Shown here in pieces: positions 38,601-53,200 of a stretch of 64,000 nucleotides of DNA. This DNA comes from Balanoglossus misakiensis (Eukaryota; Animalia; Hemichordata): assembly GCA_040954595.2 (NCBI GenBank), contig CM082583.2, positions 3,791,060-3,855,059 of the forward strand. The letters are read 5' to 3'. The notes beneath the pieces were generated by a model. That model searched no databases. It was not told where the DNA came from and saw only the letters and a list, made by a program, of their open reading frames with translations. How positions within the stretch are numbered: the first letter of the stretch is position 1; each line of letters begins with the position of its first letter. The position numbers and the translations under genes were made by a program.

Positions 38601-41600
38601 TCCAATATGGCCGCCATAATCTTCGACCAATCACAATGATCTTCGCAAACTTGATAGACATCAGTTAGGTGACCAAATACCCCAAACCGCGTGACTCAGT
38701 TATCACCGGTTCTGGAGAAGAAGATTTTTGAAATTTAAGCCAGATTTCAGAAAAAAAATTGTAGCAAAAAAACTGCAACATTTACAGCAAAATATCCAAT
38801 TACAAAAATGATGGGTAGAAGGTAGACTACCTGCACACCAAATTTGAAGTCGATCTGACTTGTAGTTTCTGAGATCTGAGATTTGCATTTTTTCAGAAAA
38901 TCCAATATGGCCGCCAGGTCACGTAACTAATTAAAAATTCACAGGTTCAATGCACGACTACTCATTGACCTTGACCACTGTAGCAAGTTTGAGAAGTGTA
39001 CCTGCAGCGGTGTCTGAGATCTAGAGCGACAAAGAATTGACACAAGAATAAAGAAAGAAGAAAGAAAAACCCCAACGAAACCAATAGGGCCCAAGCGCTG
39101 GTATGCGCTTGGGCCCTAAAAATTCCAACAATACCAATGGGGCACAAGCCGCCTGAGGGCGCTTGTGCCCCCAATAAATGTACCTGATTATTCTTCAGTA
39201 ATTTCAAGCTTTTGTTCCATGTTTAGATAACTGTATGCAATGTTCTTGTGAGAATTCAAATGACAAGCAGTTTGTATGGCAATTAATTCATCAAGTACAC
39301 TCACTGCAAATCAAACTGTCCTCACTTTAATCTTCCAATCAACTTATCCACACCTATCATCATTAACTTTTGATTACGATCTGTGGAAAGGTTTTATAGC
39401 TGCACTGACAAGATTAACGAAATGCACAAAGTAATTGTGTGTGAGTCATTCTATGCAATGAATAGCTTTCAAACATGGACAACCCTGATGGGTCTCTCAA
39501 CACTATACTTGACGCTAAATTGACAATTCTGAGACTCTCAGACTTGGTCACTCACTGACTGTGCTTGCCAACGGCACTCACTCAGTCATTTCAAGCCATC
39601 CGACAATGTTGACAGAAAGCCAGGAATATTTATAAACCCATCCCTTTCATACACATTAAAACACTTAGCTGAATCAAACATCCGCTTGAACAGATTTCAT
39701 TCAGCTTTCAACTGTAAACATTTGCCATGCAAAAATTAAAAACATGCTCTAATATTTACACAGACAACGGTATTCTGAGTACTGTAAAACACTTTATTTT
39801 CGCGAGTTGAAATTTTCGCGATATCGAGAGAAGCCACCGTTTCATGAGTATTAATTTTCGCGTTCTCTTATTTCATTCACTGCATTGTTATCTTAAAAAA
39901 AAAATAAGCAATTTTTTTATTTTCAAGCTATTTTGGCTCTAGCGTATTTCGCGAAAATAAAGTGTTTTACAGTACATACATTAACTGAAAATCCTCAAGA
40001 GTAAATGTCACCATTGTTACAATTAAATTTGGGTGAGCAAATACCAGGAGATCCGTTTTGAGACAAGCTGACAAAAAAACATTGACAAAATAACTTACTT
40101 GAGCGTTTGATGTATTTGCAATATCTGGTTTTCCAACTCCTTTGTCTGCTTGGGCACAAAACGGAATTCAGACACATAACCATAGGAGTGTCGCTTGGCA
40201 TCGTGGTCTCCTAATTCAGCTGAAATTTTAAACACAAAGACAATTATTACAGGTAAATTGCTTTTCTCTCACAACAATAAATGATTTTCCTCAAAACCTA
40301 CTGAAACTAGTGAAAGAAGACATTGAATTTTGAACTAAATTTTGACATTAATTATAACAACAGCGATAACAGTGTTGAATTGGCCAATTTGGAACTTGTG
40401 GCAAGCAAACTGGAATGCCCGGAAATAATTTGCACAAACTACAATCTATCAATTCACCTTTACTTTGTAGACGTGAGATATTTCAGAGAGGCTAGAAATG
40501 CAAGAAATTAGCATCTAAATGAAGTTGACATAAATGACAGAAACATGATTAATGATTTGTGCAACAAAATGTAATCACACAGAATATATAATACCATGTA
40601 AGAAAGTCTTGAAAATTTCATTCTACACTTCAGGATAATGTATTTGATCAAGTATATATGAAGTAAAAATACAGCTATTATAGAGTTCACAGTCAGTTTC
40701 ATTTTTGCATGACAACCTTGAAAAATGCATGCATATAAAATTTCAATTTTCAATAAACTTGACCCATGGATTCAGCATAAAATGTAATACTGTACACATT
40801 CAGAATTGGTTAGATCAAGGTGAATTTGAGAAAATTTCATAAATTTTTAAAAAGCTGATCATATAAAAGACCAGGAAATTGGTTTGTAAAGGTTGGCTGC
40901 CTGTAAGGAGTGAAACCAGGAAATTAGATTTTGAGTTCACACATACTCTATACTGCAGGGTCCCATCATTAATGGATATCTAGTTAATACTGGCCACCTC
41001 AGGAACTATAGTTGGTTAAGCTGTGGGGATGAGATTTTGATATACTGTAAAACGGGAAATTTTTGTGACAGGAAATTTTCACATAGGCGATTATTTCGGG
41101 ACGATTAATTTTTAGTGTTCTCTTATTTCTGAAAAACATTCTATTGTACGCATTGTTCTTTTGCAACTATTTATTTTCATGTTTTTTTGCTCTCGCGAAT
41201 TTTGCGAAAATTTATTTTTTCCCGTTTTACAGTATTTCTAATATCTACCAAAGTGACAGGTGTGGCCATGTAGAATAATTAATGGATGCTCAAATGGGTC
41301 GAATTAGGTTCACCTGATCTCATCGAAAAAGTCTGTGTGCGCAATCTCTAAAGCTGAAAATGTGAGGACATTTGCCTTTTGTGTGATAATCCATACAAAT
41401 TTAAAGCAATCTTATTTCATTGACACAGATCCCCTCAGTTAATGTGAAAATAAAAGATCGTGTCTAGACTGGCCTAATCTGATAATTTAGATGACTGCAA
41501 AAGTGTAAATCAAATCAGGGGACTTGCAGTGGATGGAAATTTCAATGACACTGCCAACAGTGAAATGCACAGACTACTGATGCATTTTGTCACTCATTTC

Positions 41601-44600
41601 CATAACTCTGTGTCTGGCTAGTCAATCCACACATGCTACCCCCAAAATGCAAGCACTCAAAAATTTGATCAGGAAATTGATCATCGTTGCTACAAGAAAT
41701 GGTTATCATGAAATGAATGTGGATTAAAATAAGTTTCATTAAACTTGGATCTCAACCTTATTATTGGGTTGTTTAATTTCACACCTTCTCACCCCTGAGA
41801 ATGCAATGGTTTAGCCCAAAGAACAACCCAGTTATACCATTTTTTTGAGAATAATGGAAGAGAGGGGAGGGGAGCAGTACTTACACTGAACAGCTAGAGC
41901 ACACAATTCAGCTGTAATGTTTGGACTGCTGGGCAATCTGCCTTGTAACATATCTCGTTTGAGTTGCAAGAAGAACTGGTATCGTGTCACTTCTTCTTTC
42001 AGCTTACATGGATCTTCGACGTAAAATTTGACGCCAAAATATAGAGTATAGGGCGGGCCCGCTGAAATGCACCAGAAATTAAATGGTTACACACAAACAC
42101 AGGTAATTTGTACATAGATTGCAAAACACGCTCCCAACTTGACATTTCTGTACATGTACAAGTTTATCTTTTACGCAAAAACCTATTTGGATATTATTCT
42201 AAAATAGTTATGGTTTGAAGGCAATGCAAGATTTTTTGATGAATTTTGAGACAAATACATTCTATCAGGCCTGAAAACTGACTGACATACATGTATGTGT
42301 ACATGTGAACTATACTTTGTCTGCAAACACTGACAAACTATCACACAAAAAATGCAGATACTGTTTAAATGATCTGGCTTGCAAGAATACCAATTTGAAT
42401 AGTGTTTATTGGAACTTGCAAGCCATTTATTCAAGTAGTTTTTCAAGTAACTGTCTGCATGAATTGGGCGAAAAGGCCTATTTTCCCTAGTCTATAATCC
42501 AGACTTTTTTACTATGCTCCACAGCATAGCAGGGAAAAAAACACGAGTCTGGATTCTAGACTAGGGAAAAGAGGTCTGGCACGCCTTGCAGACTTTAACA
42601 AACTCTTGAATGTGAAAATAATTACCTGTGATCTGTTTTGTGACTGATCTGGTGCCATCTAACCAATGCTGAAAATCAACAAAGAAAAATACAATCAATT
42701 TTCTATCACCTGAATACCCCCACTATTCAAAACAATTTGGTATGGTCCACTGTTTCACACAGACCAAATGGAGTAGGTATTCGTTCTACAGTGATGGCAG
42801 GACTATAAACCATGGTTGAAGATAGCTAAATTTATAACACTAGATATCGAGCGTCCCTGGTGATGCAGAATGCCCAGGGACACCATGTTTTCAAAAAATT
42901 TCAAGAGGCTCTTATGTACAAAGCAAAATCACAACCTACATCTAGCCATGCTTGTACACCTACAGTCAATTCAACTGTCTAGTGTTGTCAGATGAAAGCA
43001 TTCTTAACATACGCAGCAACACAATCATTACAACCATTACAGTGATATTTACAGAAACTGAAAATTGTTCTTCAAATTATATTCTGCTTATTAATCTGAT
43101 TCACATAATAAATCATACAATTCACTTCAAAACTTTGAGACTAATTTTTCCGAGTATTACAGAAACTATTTGCACACTATAGAAATGTCCTTGAATATGT
43201 ACCGGCCACATTTAGGCCACTCCTTCATATTTGTATCACTACGTCCTGGCCATGATCCTAGATTTCTGGAGTCTGATTTAGTTTGGACCTCCATTTCTCT
43301 GAGGCCCCAAAATCAGGAGTGAGAGTTGCAACTACATGTAGGAGCACCAGGGCTGACATGCATCAAGACACGTTTACGCCAGCTCAAATTCAAACCAGAC
43401 CTAAACCCCCTATTCACATGATTCACACTCACACCAAACTCTTGCAGCTCAGGGCAGACGTATTCATAATGTTCACATTGGTTATTTTGAAAACCTACAC
43501 CAATACAGGACCAACAGTAAGACTAGAGTATCAACATGTAGAGAGAACCACCACCTGTTATTACATTAACATACTGAGTACATGAACGGGAACGGACATC
43601 TAATGACACTGCAGTGTAATTACCAACTCCATCATAGTGCCTGACTGCTTTGAAGATTAGTAAACAATTCTTTGAGAACCAATTGTCAACACTTGGAAAT
43701 GATACATTTTGTATACATTGAGAAGATCTTCAACATCATTTGATATTTTAATGGTATGCTTTCCTCACTAACTATGCATATATTGAGGGTCGTTTCCATT
43801 ATTAGAGGATATATCTAAAATACAATTGTTTTAGTACCAACAGTGTTTTTTTTTATAATTCCTTGAGCAACCTTGACAATTCCTGATATTTCACACTAGA
43901 ATACATTCACATTCTTAGATCGATTGCATTTAAAAGAAAAGTTTCTAAGAGACATGGCAGACAGAATTTCCGCTTAGTGACTCAAGGGTAAATTCAACAA
44001 CATACATGTACATACAAAACTTTTACATGTATCAAGGCCAAGAAAAGTTTTCAGATTGCAAAGTCTGTATCAGAAATCCTACCAAAATACACATTCCATT
44101 GCCAATCTATGCCAATCTTGTGTAAACTGTATGCTAAAATGTCCATTTCTGTTACATACTTGAGTGATAGAGGTAAACCCACAATAAATCCTTCAGAGAT
44201 GTGTATTAAAATAAAACTGCAGGGTATTTCGATCACCTTTGCCATTTCAGATACACAAATTTCTATCAATTACTGCCATCCTCATAAACAATCATTTCTG
44301 AAGATCTAGTCATCGGTATTCAACATACTGTAGATACTTAATTTTCACCAGGACTTTATTTTCACTGGACTCATTTTTCTGCTAAAATAAAATCACAGTG
44401 AAAATTCTTATTTCCCATTCTTTGCACATAAGTTGACAAGGAATCGTGAAAATAAAAACTCAGTAATAATCATTATTGTTTTCAGAGAAAATAAATTCCA
44501 GTGTACCAGTGTACCAAATCCTGAACAATATTTCTGGTTAACTGGAAAAATTAATTCAGCATTTTTATTTCTTACAGAATATCAGTGTGTCAACCAATAG

Positions 44601-47600
44601 TCCCTCCACTGGGAAACACAGGTGGACTGTGACAAGGAGAATGCATTATCACCTATTATATTATACCAGTATATTGATGGTGTAAATCACGCTATTTGAT
44701 TGGTCGAGACACGACACGTGACCGTGATATATTAGCCATATACCACAGTCATATATCATAGTTAAAGAAAATGCCTTTTTAAAATGTTTTATGCAAAGTT
44801 TCAATATACTGGCATAATATAATAGCAATAAAACACCCCCAGCCATGGTATACCACTCGATTTTGACCAGTTCAACTCCATATACGCACTCGCTATCGCT
44901 CGTGCGTATATGTCGTGAACTGGTCAAAATCTCGTGATATACCATGGCTGGGGGTGTTTAATTGCTTAATTATATTATACCAGTATATTGATGGTGTAAA
45001 TCACGCTATTTGATTGGTCGAGACACGACACGTGACTGTGATATATTAGCCATATACCACAGTCATATATCATAGTCAAAGAAAATGCCTTTTTAAAATG
45101 TTTTATGCAAAGTTTCAATATACTGGCATAATATAATAGCAATAAAACACCCCCAGCCATGGTATACCACTCGATTTTGACCAGTTCAACTCCATATACG
45201 CACTCGCTATCGCTCATGCGTATATGTCGTGAACTGGTCAAAATCTCGTGGTATACCATGGCTGGGGGTGTTTTATTGCTTAAATAAGATTGTTTTGAAA
45301 GCCCAGCTGAATTTATCTACATGAACAGCGAATGGATCTCAATTGTAGGATTATGGGATAGGGATTTCAACTACAGAGGCAATCAAGCAGTGGCTTCCAA
45401 TCTGATGACATTCTAACATTCTTCCTTCAGGGATCACAAACCACAGAGTGAAACCAAACCTTGAAGACAGACGTCAGCAACAGCCTTACTGATATTTTGC
45501 AGTATTTGAAGTCTGTCAGCATTGCTGAAAGGATGCCATTAAAACTATGCTGAGCAATGCAATATGCCTTGACATTTCCTGACCATCATGCAGAGTTGGG
45601 CGAAGTCAAATGATGTCATACGATCGCTTGATCGATTATGGGCTAGAATGGAGTAATGCCAACCATTTCAATAACAAACTCTGGAACATGAAAATATGCA
45701 GAATGCATATTCCTGTTCTGTCAGTGTTCACATCTGTGATGGAGCAGAATCCAACTATACTGTGGTAGATACTGTAAAACAGGAAATTTTCGCGAGAAGA
45801 AATTTTTGTGATGCCAATAGACGTGACTATTTCACAACGTCTAATTTTCAAGTTCTTTTTTTTTGCTGTTGTCAAAATTCGCGACTATATATTGTTGCAT
45901 TTCTCTGGCTCTCGTGAATTTGTGGAAATTTATCGTTTGCGAAAATTTCCCGTTTCACAGTAACTTTGTGAAACCAGTCTCTCAGTGTGGAGAGACAGTG
46001 GTGAAACCAATTTTTCTGGTAGTGTATTGTTTTGTCACAGTTAAAAAGAGAGAATTCAAGACTGCCAGGGAAGCTGGCAACATACTTACAGTTTGACTGG
46101 CCTCATCTAAATATCGCAGTCCAAAATAGTCTGTTTCTAAAATGTTCAAATGTTGGTAGACTTTGTCCAATAGAACTTGTCCCTTGGTATTTTTCTGAAA
46201 GAAAAACAAGAACCAACAATGTCAACTTCTCTGAGGTAATTTTAAGAAAAATTTCATGGTACATTAATTATAAAGAAACATATTTTAGAGTGTAAGAAAT
46301 ACACTTGTGAAAAAGTTACTTGTTTATTCAAGTCACTACTCAACTGCTTCAGATTTTCTGATTATATATTTCTTGACAGCAAAGATTTGCAATAAGTCAT
46401 AATGTTATACTTTTAATGAGTGTTTATGTTTGTTTTGTATTCCACGTACAATTAATGTTTATAAATCTGAATATTACATGTATGTTGTTGACTCAGATGA
46501 ATGGCCTTTAGGGCAAGACAATCATCTGACAAAACTAGACATAAGTGCATTTTTGACTTTAAGCCACTTCAGATTTGACCGTCACAATCCTATAATGGAC
46601 ATGACCTGTAGCTATGTCATGGTAACATTTGCATTCTGACCTTCACCACTGTCAAGGTAAAACAATTGGCCTTCACCATGACGGCCTCCTACACACTTGT
46701 CATCATAAAATCAGTAGTTTAAAAACTATTCTTTTAATTAAAGGGAAAGTACACATAGCTGTAACTTTCCACAATATTTTCAGTATTTGATTTGTTGTAT
46801 CTATTAGTTTCTTGTTCTACTCCCTATAACATGTTGATGTACCCAGTATTCAGTTTGTCATGCATCACAGTCTATACACATGTACTTGTATAATCAGCAA
46901 TGATATTAACAAATTGCACTTTCAAATAATGTGTACATACATGTATATGTGTAGTTTGTAGACAAGCTGAATACTTGGCATTGAAAAACCATTATCCTGC
47001 TGCAGCAGTGAAAAGTGGTGTTATTTTCATACCCACCCACCCCTTTTCATGGCTTACACACCTTGACCATGGAGAGTTTGACCCAGTAAAAAGCACAGTG
47101 TTTTGACAGCTGAATCTATCCTTCATCTGCCACTGTTATTGGTTTTACCAGGCCAAGCTGATAATAACTACATGTAAATAAGCATTAGATACAGACAACA
47201 TAAGCCTGGTCAAAAAACTCCAAAATGGCAAAATTGTTTTTCAACTACTTGGAAGGATGACTGGCCTGGAATTAAACAGGTTTTAGCCCTTAGTAAGCAC
47301 AACAACACAAAAAGTAGTTGTTGCACTGTTGAAAAAGTTACAGCTAAATGTCCCTTTAAAAGCAGTCATAGATTTAGTGTCTTTAAACATCAACTCCAAA
47401 TCAACCTAACCCAACCCAGCACAATGGACCACTATACCCACAATACACTCAAGTTTTATTACCAACGTGCACGCCAACCCTGCTCCGACCAAGCATTTCT
47501 ATCTAACAATAGCAAAGTCCCCGCCATGAAATTTCATCCCATCAAACATGTCAGTTTAGTGCTCATTAAGGATGTTATGCCTTTTGTTGTCCATTTCCAT

Positions 47601-50173
47601 AATGGCTATACGTTTCCTTATTGACACTAAAACTTTTTTTCTGCCAAACACCAGCAGTGAAGTTGTATTGTACTCACAGTATACTAATGACAAATGTCTA
47701 TTATCTTTTAGCCCCAATACTTCCATTTGCTTTCATTTCAAATAATGTAAAACAGCAAATGTACATTTATCAAGCTCATTCCCTTTGAATGTTTAGTATT
47801 TTTCAGAGAGAATAATTTGTCATGAATTATTGACAATATCCCGGTACACTACAGCTGTCTATGGCAGTAAATGATATTTTCAAGGGAAAGTCGTTTTGTT
47901 TGAAATAATCAGCCAAATTTTACAGTGGCACTCGACTTACGTCACTTTGAGAAATTGGGCAATTTTCTCTTTTGATGTTTATAGAAGGAAATGAAAAATT
48001 TGTAAGAAAAACAACAGATTAACCTACAGTATAAACTCATAAACCTCTGATCAAACTTTACTCCAGACTGTCAGCAATGCAGGCACTATTGTAGGCAACG
48101 TTAGAGCAAGTCTGCCAGTGTCACTTTTACTCAAATACCCAAGTACACAATTTACATGTACGATGTTCATGATCTCGATGCTCGGAAATCATTGATCAAC
48201 AAATATAATTTTTTCTGTTTTCCCAAAATGTGGTTGACTCAACAAATCCGAGTGAATTACTGCAACAGACTTTCGGATTCTTTTGATATTTCAAGATATA
48301 CTTTGTACTTTTGAACACATATTTTCACTGAACATACAATGTAGATCAAAATGAAATGCTTTATCTCTTGAAATAAGAAGTTTGGTAAAATAATTATTTC
48401 AAAGTTAATATCTGATACTAGTGATAGTATGAATGGTGACAATGAACAATGAACATCTCAACATGGTTATTATACATCCCTACTACTGCTGTAATAAATT
48501 GTAATGAGTACAGCTGCCAACACCATAGACAGTGTTCAAAGTGGCCATATATTCTAATTGACTATCAAACACAGATGCATATTTCATCATTCAATGTGAC
48601 ACATACATGTCTGTAGACCTCATGAGATGAAGACCTGGTTGTCACTTGTCTTTAATGTCATCTCAACTTCTAAATTTGATTCTAAATGAACGTAATAGCT
48701 TAGTGAATTGGGTGAGAGCAGACTTCTCTTTTGCATTAACGTTAAATTAAGATTGATGTTCAAAGAACTACCATATGGATGATATGGTTGACATGGCAAC
48801 TTTTGACAGGTTTTCACACCCTTGTCAGCTGCTACCAGTAGATTTTTGATGAATTATTGATATTCTTCTGCTCGCTGAAATACTGTATGCATGCAATCAC
48901 CGGTTGTTGTAACTCAACTCACACCCTGTACATTGTATATGGATCAGGACAATACTATGAATTAAAGTTATGAACATAGTCTTGTGTCATGATGATGTGT
49001 AGGACATACCAGTAGGCTGATCTCTGACAATGGGTCATTGAGAATGTTTTATCAAACAGAACAACAATCCAAACTGACCAAAATTATGTGAAAAATGAAT
49101 GATGTTGTCCCTTTCAGCTTGCTGGATTCTTTATAATTGGTTGATACATATAAAGGAATGAACACCCAGGTGTTAGAATATGTTATTAGCCAATAGCAAC
49201 AAGGCTTTGTGGTGTTGTAACTTTTCATGGCCAAAAACTTTTTTTTTCATGATTCAGTTGAATTCTATCGGTAGTTATTATTTGTTCACATTCTGTCAAT
49301 CCCCCCAAGAGAAGATGGCCATTTTTTTGCTGCATACACATGGTTGACATCAGCTGTGGTGTTCAACATATACTGTATGCGTGAATTCCAAAAGTAACAT
49401 ACCACTGTGCTGTTCCATGCACCAATATTCACCGTCAGAATTATTAAAATTAAATTCAACAAAATCTCTGTCAGACAATTTGTTTTCATGAAGAAATGGA
49501 TACCAAATGAAAAATACCCAGCATCCTAGGTGGTGTTTCTCTGTCAGATTCTGAGGCTGGGTGGGTTGAGACAAGATTGCTGGTAACCATCATGATAATG
49601 TCAACATCTTCAATACTTTCTCTACTTTGGCAATGTCACATGGTTTTAAATGAGATGAGCAAGGCTTATAAAATATGAAAAAAATTAATGTTCAAAGGTT
49701 TTCATCATCTTCAAGTTCAAAGTAGGTGCATACAAAATATTCAACACCCTATTATCAAAGTAAACAAAGACACTCAAAGTACATGGTATAGGTTTGACCA
49801 GAGTTCTACTTGGCCATTTGCATAGCTTCTGCATGACCAAAAGACCCTGACACTGACCTTGGGATGTTTTCACAAGTTTGATCTCTAATAAATCTGAGGA
49901 AGTGAACCATGGTAAGCACATTCCAATGAAAATACCAGCCTGCATGTAAGGTCATATAAAGGACATAAATGTGAAAATTCAACAGAATAAGTTTTACACC
50001 AGAGAATCAATATCATCTATCACCTATGAGACTTTGAGTATTTTGTTGTGTTCAACAAGATGTTGTGCAAAAGAGGGCCATGACCACCTGTTAACATTTT
50101 GATTGATAGCTTGATTGATTAGATTGATTGATTGATTGATTGATTGACTGACCTGACTGACCGACCGACCGAT

Positions 50174-50206
<33 letters not shown>

Positions 50207-53200
50207 GACTGACTGACTGACTTTCTGTTTCACCATCTGGGATACCTGAAACGGAACACTCATAAGGTATCCCAGATAAGGTTAGTGCTATATAACAAAC
50301 TGAACTTTACTAAAAGGCCTATCACACAAAAAAATCTTAGACAGCATCTGATTCTAATTCAAAGTCTTAGCGATAGGCCTAGACTATATACATGTACATT
50401 GTTGTCATGGAAGGGAACTCTCTTATCACTTGTGCATGAACAGTGCAAACCTTGCTATGTCAATAACAATTACAGAATCCACAAACTGCATAGAAGACAA
50501 ACAAGGCCAGGTCACCAGCTGATGGTCAAACAGACAAGTTCATGTTTCACCAGATCTACATTTGAACATTTATTTTATGTCATGAAACTGTGAAACTTGA
50601 GGTATCATCAGCTATTGGATTGGTGAAATTTATTATTGCTGCTAAATTGTCATACATATGATCATCATGCATTTGTATTTCTTCAATTGTTCTCTATCTG
50701 CTTGTCCACTGGCACTGTGAGAATAATCACCTGTATCAACATCTACTGACATTTCACTCCAAGACAGTTGAAGGCTGAACTCTGAACTACATGTAACTTT
50801 CAGAAATCTTAACTAACTTTCCTTCCAAGATGTGCTGATGGTAGCATTAGTACATGTAATACTAATACTAAACAGCCATCAAATATCATATGGTCAAACT
50901 GTAACTGTAAATCACTGTTAATGTTTATTTTGACTTGCATTGCACACCATCATAATAAACAGAGTTAAACTGTAAATGGCAGTGCATATGCTACTGGAAC
51001 TGATAAACATACAAGGTACACATGTATGTTGCTGATAACAGCAATAAGCTGGCAAAAAAAAACTGCAGTATGAGCTAGACACCTTTCATCTATAATGCCT
51101 TAGCTGAAAATCATAATACTATCTATTTGTATACATAATGATCAGAGTGACATGTTAACAAATTCACCATTAATTAACCAACGATTTGTCAGAGTTTGAT
51201 AATTGTAGAGGTCAGAGGTCACTGAGTACTCCATGTAAATGTCTTAAGGTCACAAAGGTCAACTAAAGTCAAGATTTGAGCAGACAGTAGAAGATCAAAA
51301 TGATAACCTGAATCAATGGATTAATAAGAGATCACTATACATACTTTTCAAAATTGGAATTCCTGCTACTTGATTTCGCCAGCGATGTTGGTATAAAAAG
51401 GTGATTAATGTGTAATTGAAAAAAAATTCAATGACAGCTGGCTACTGTTACAAATTGTGAAGTAAAGACGGTTGAAATACACATAGCAGGACATGTAACA
51501 TTCCAATTGAGCAGTCTGAATTAAATGCATTGGCGAAGAATGCTGAGATTTTATATGTATATGCTGGTATATGACCTTATATGACCTCTTATAAGTTGTA
51601 ACTTTGAATAAAGGTTAGTGAATACTATTTATGTACATTTCAAGAAAATATTTTACTTCTTCTATACAGGAATCTATACTCAAGTTGTAAACAAATGTTT
51701 ACACTGTCCAATTTTCAGACCAGACTACTTGTGGTCACCCGAGATCCATATGGGACATTTCACAACTGGCCTGTTATTACCAGTGTTAACAATGGTGACA
51801 ATACACTTGCCAACTCGGCTATAGAAATACTGATACGGTACAGGCTTACAATGTTATGGCTTCAGAACACTAGTAGGTTAGACAACTACCAGTTGTTGCT
51901 ATGGCACCTGTGGGTGTGACACAGCAGTATTGTGAAATCCAGGGAGGCTGCGTACAAACGATTGTTATCATACTGCAATTTTTGATAGTCTTGTTCAAAC
52001 AAATTCCTGACTTAAAAGTCAGCTAGTCTTTGATCCGTAATCAAACACAAACTGGTGACTGCTCTATTGCTGAGTGCACCAATATTTGCTAGGAGATCAT
52101 TGTCTGTATGGAAATACTACATGAATGAATATGTTTTTATTATACCACTGTCCATATATATTCTTAATATTATCATGACAAAAACTGATCTTATTTAATT
52201 ATTGGTATGCATTTAGATTTCTGACTGATCTCAATTCTACAGACAAAAGCGACAGAGCCATGAATTTCTGAGGTTGCAAGACACTGCAGAATAATACAAA
52301 CTTGAAAGTATAAAATCCTTCATACTTATCATACACAAAACAATATATACACGCAAGACCCTTAGCTCAAAATACCACATTTCTGTTCACCTTACTTGCA
52401 ATGGGTGTATTGAAATCTATCATCATGAACTGTTGCTATGGCCTTGATTTGATAGATTAATGATAGATACATGATTGATTGGTTTTACACATTGTCGTAA
52501 ATTTTATGGTGGAAATTTGTATATTTGCAGAGTTCTCATATATTATTTAACATCGGTATTAAATCCTTCCAGTAACTTCCTAGCAATACTTTGTCTATAG
52601 ATTTATATTGGTTCATGGGTTCATGGCTATAAACTTTGTTCAGTTGCGTTGTAAATTTTCCACAGGGACATCTGGGTTTCTTTTGTCATTATGACATGTC
52701 CAATATGGACAGAGTCTTGCTTAATGATAGGTTTAATTAAACTTTACAAAACTTTATGAGGATGCCATAAAACTCCATTATTTTTCGGATAAAACTTTCC
52801 TGAGCAGATTGAAGTCATTAGTTCCGGGATGATATATTGGAATTTAGGAAATATGAATGACTGAAGGTTTTGTCAGATTGTCAAAGATAAATGTTCAAAT
52901 TATAATATGGCTTGCCAGTAAGGCGGTATGTTTCTCAAGTGAGGACCAGTGTCTTCTGTACATTCAGAGGTGCTTCAAATGGACGGTCATACACTCAACA
53001 ACTAATCTTGTTACAACCTTCACAGCAAAAGACTCTTCTCTTAGACAGTACTAAATGCAGTAGATGTATTAAATTGTTATTCAGTGCATTGCACATTCAG
53101 GTTGGCAGCCACAGTGTTTACCACTCTCAAGCAGTAAAGTCTACAAGTACAACTGAAGTGGTAAACAAAAAAGCTACCACCATGCAGGGCCAACTTTTAT

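Noticed and set aside
35259-39172. Repeated units superficially like a CRISPR array or satellite
   Set aside because: Eukaryotic intron, no constant repeat with unique spacers, no cas genes; explained by nested elements with internal subrepeats.
44661-45259. Two near-identical 94-aa ORFs suggesting a duplicated small gene
   Set aside because: They lie inside the palindromic 314-bp repeat, with no splice signals or recognisable domain.
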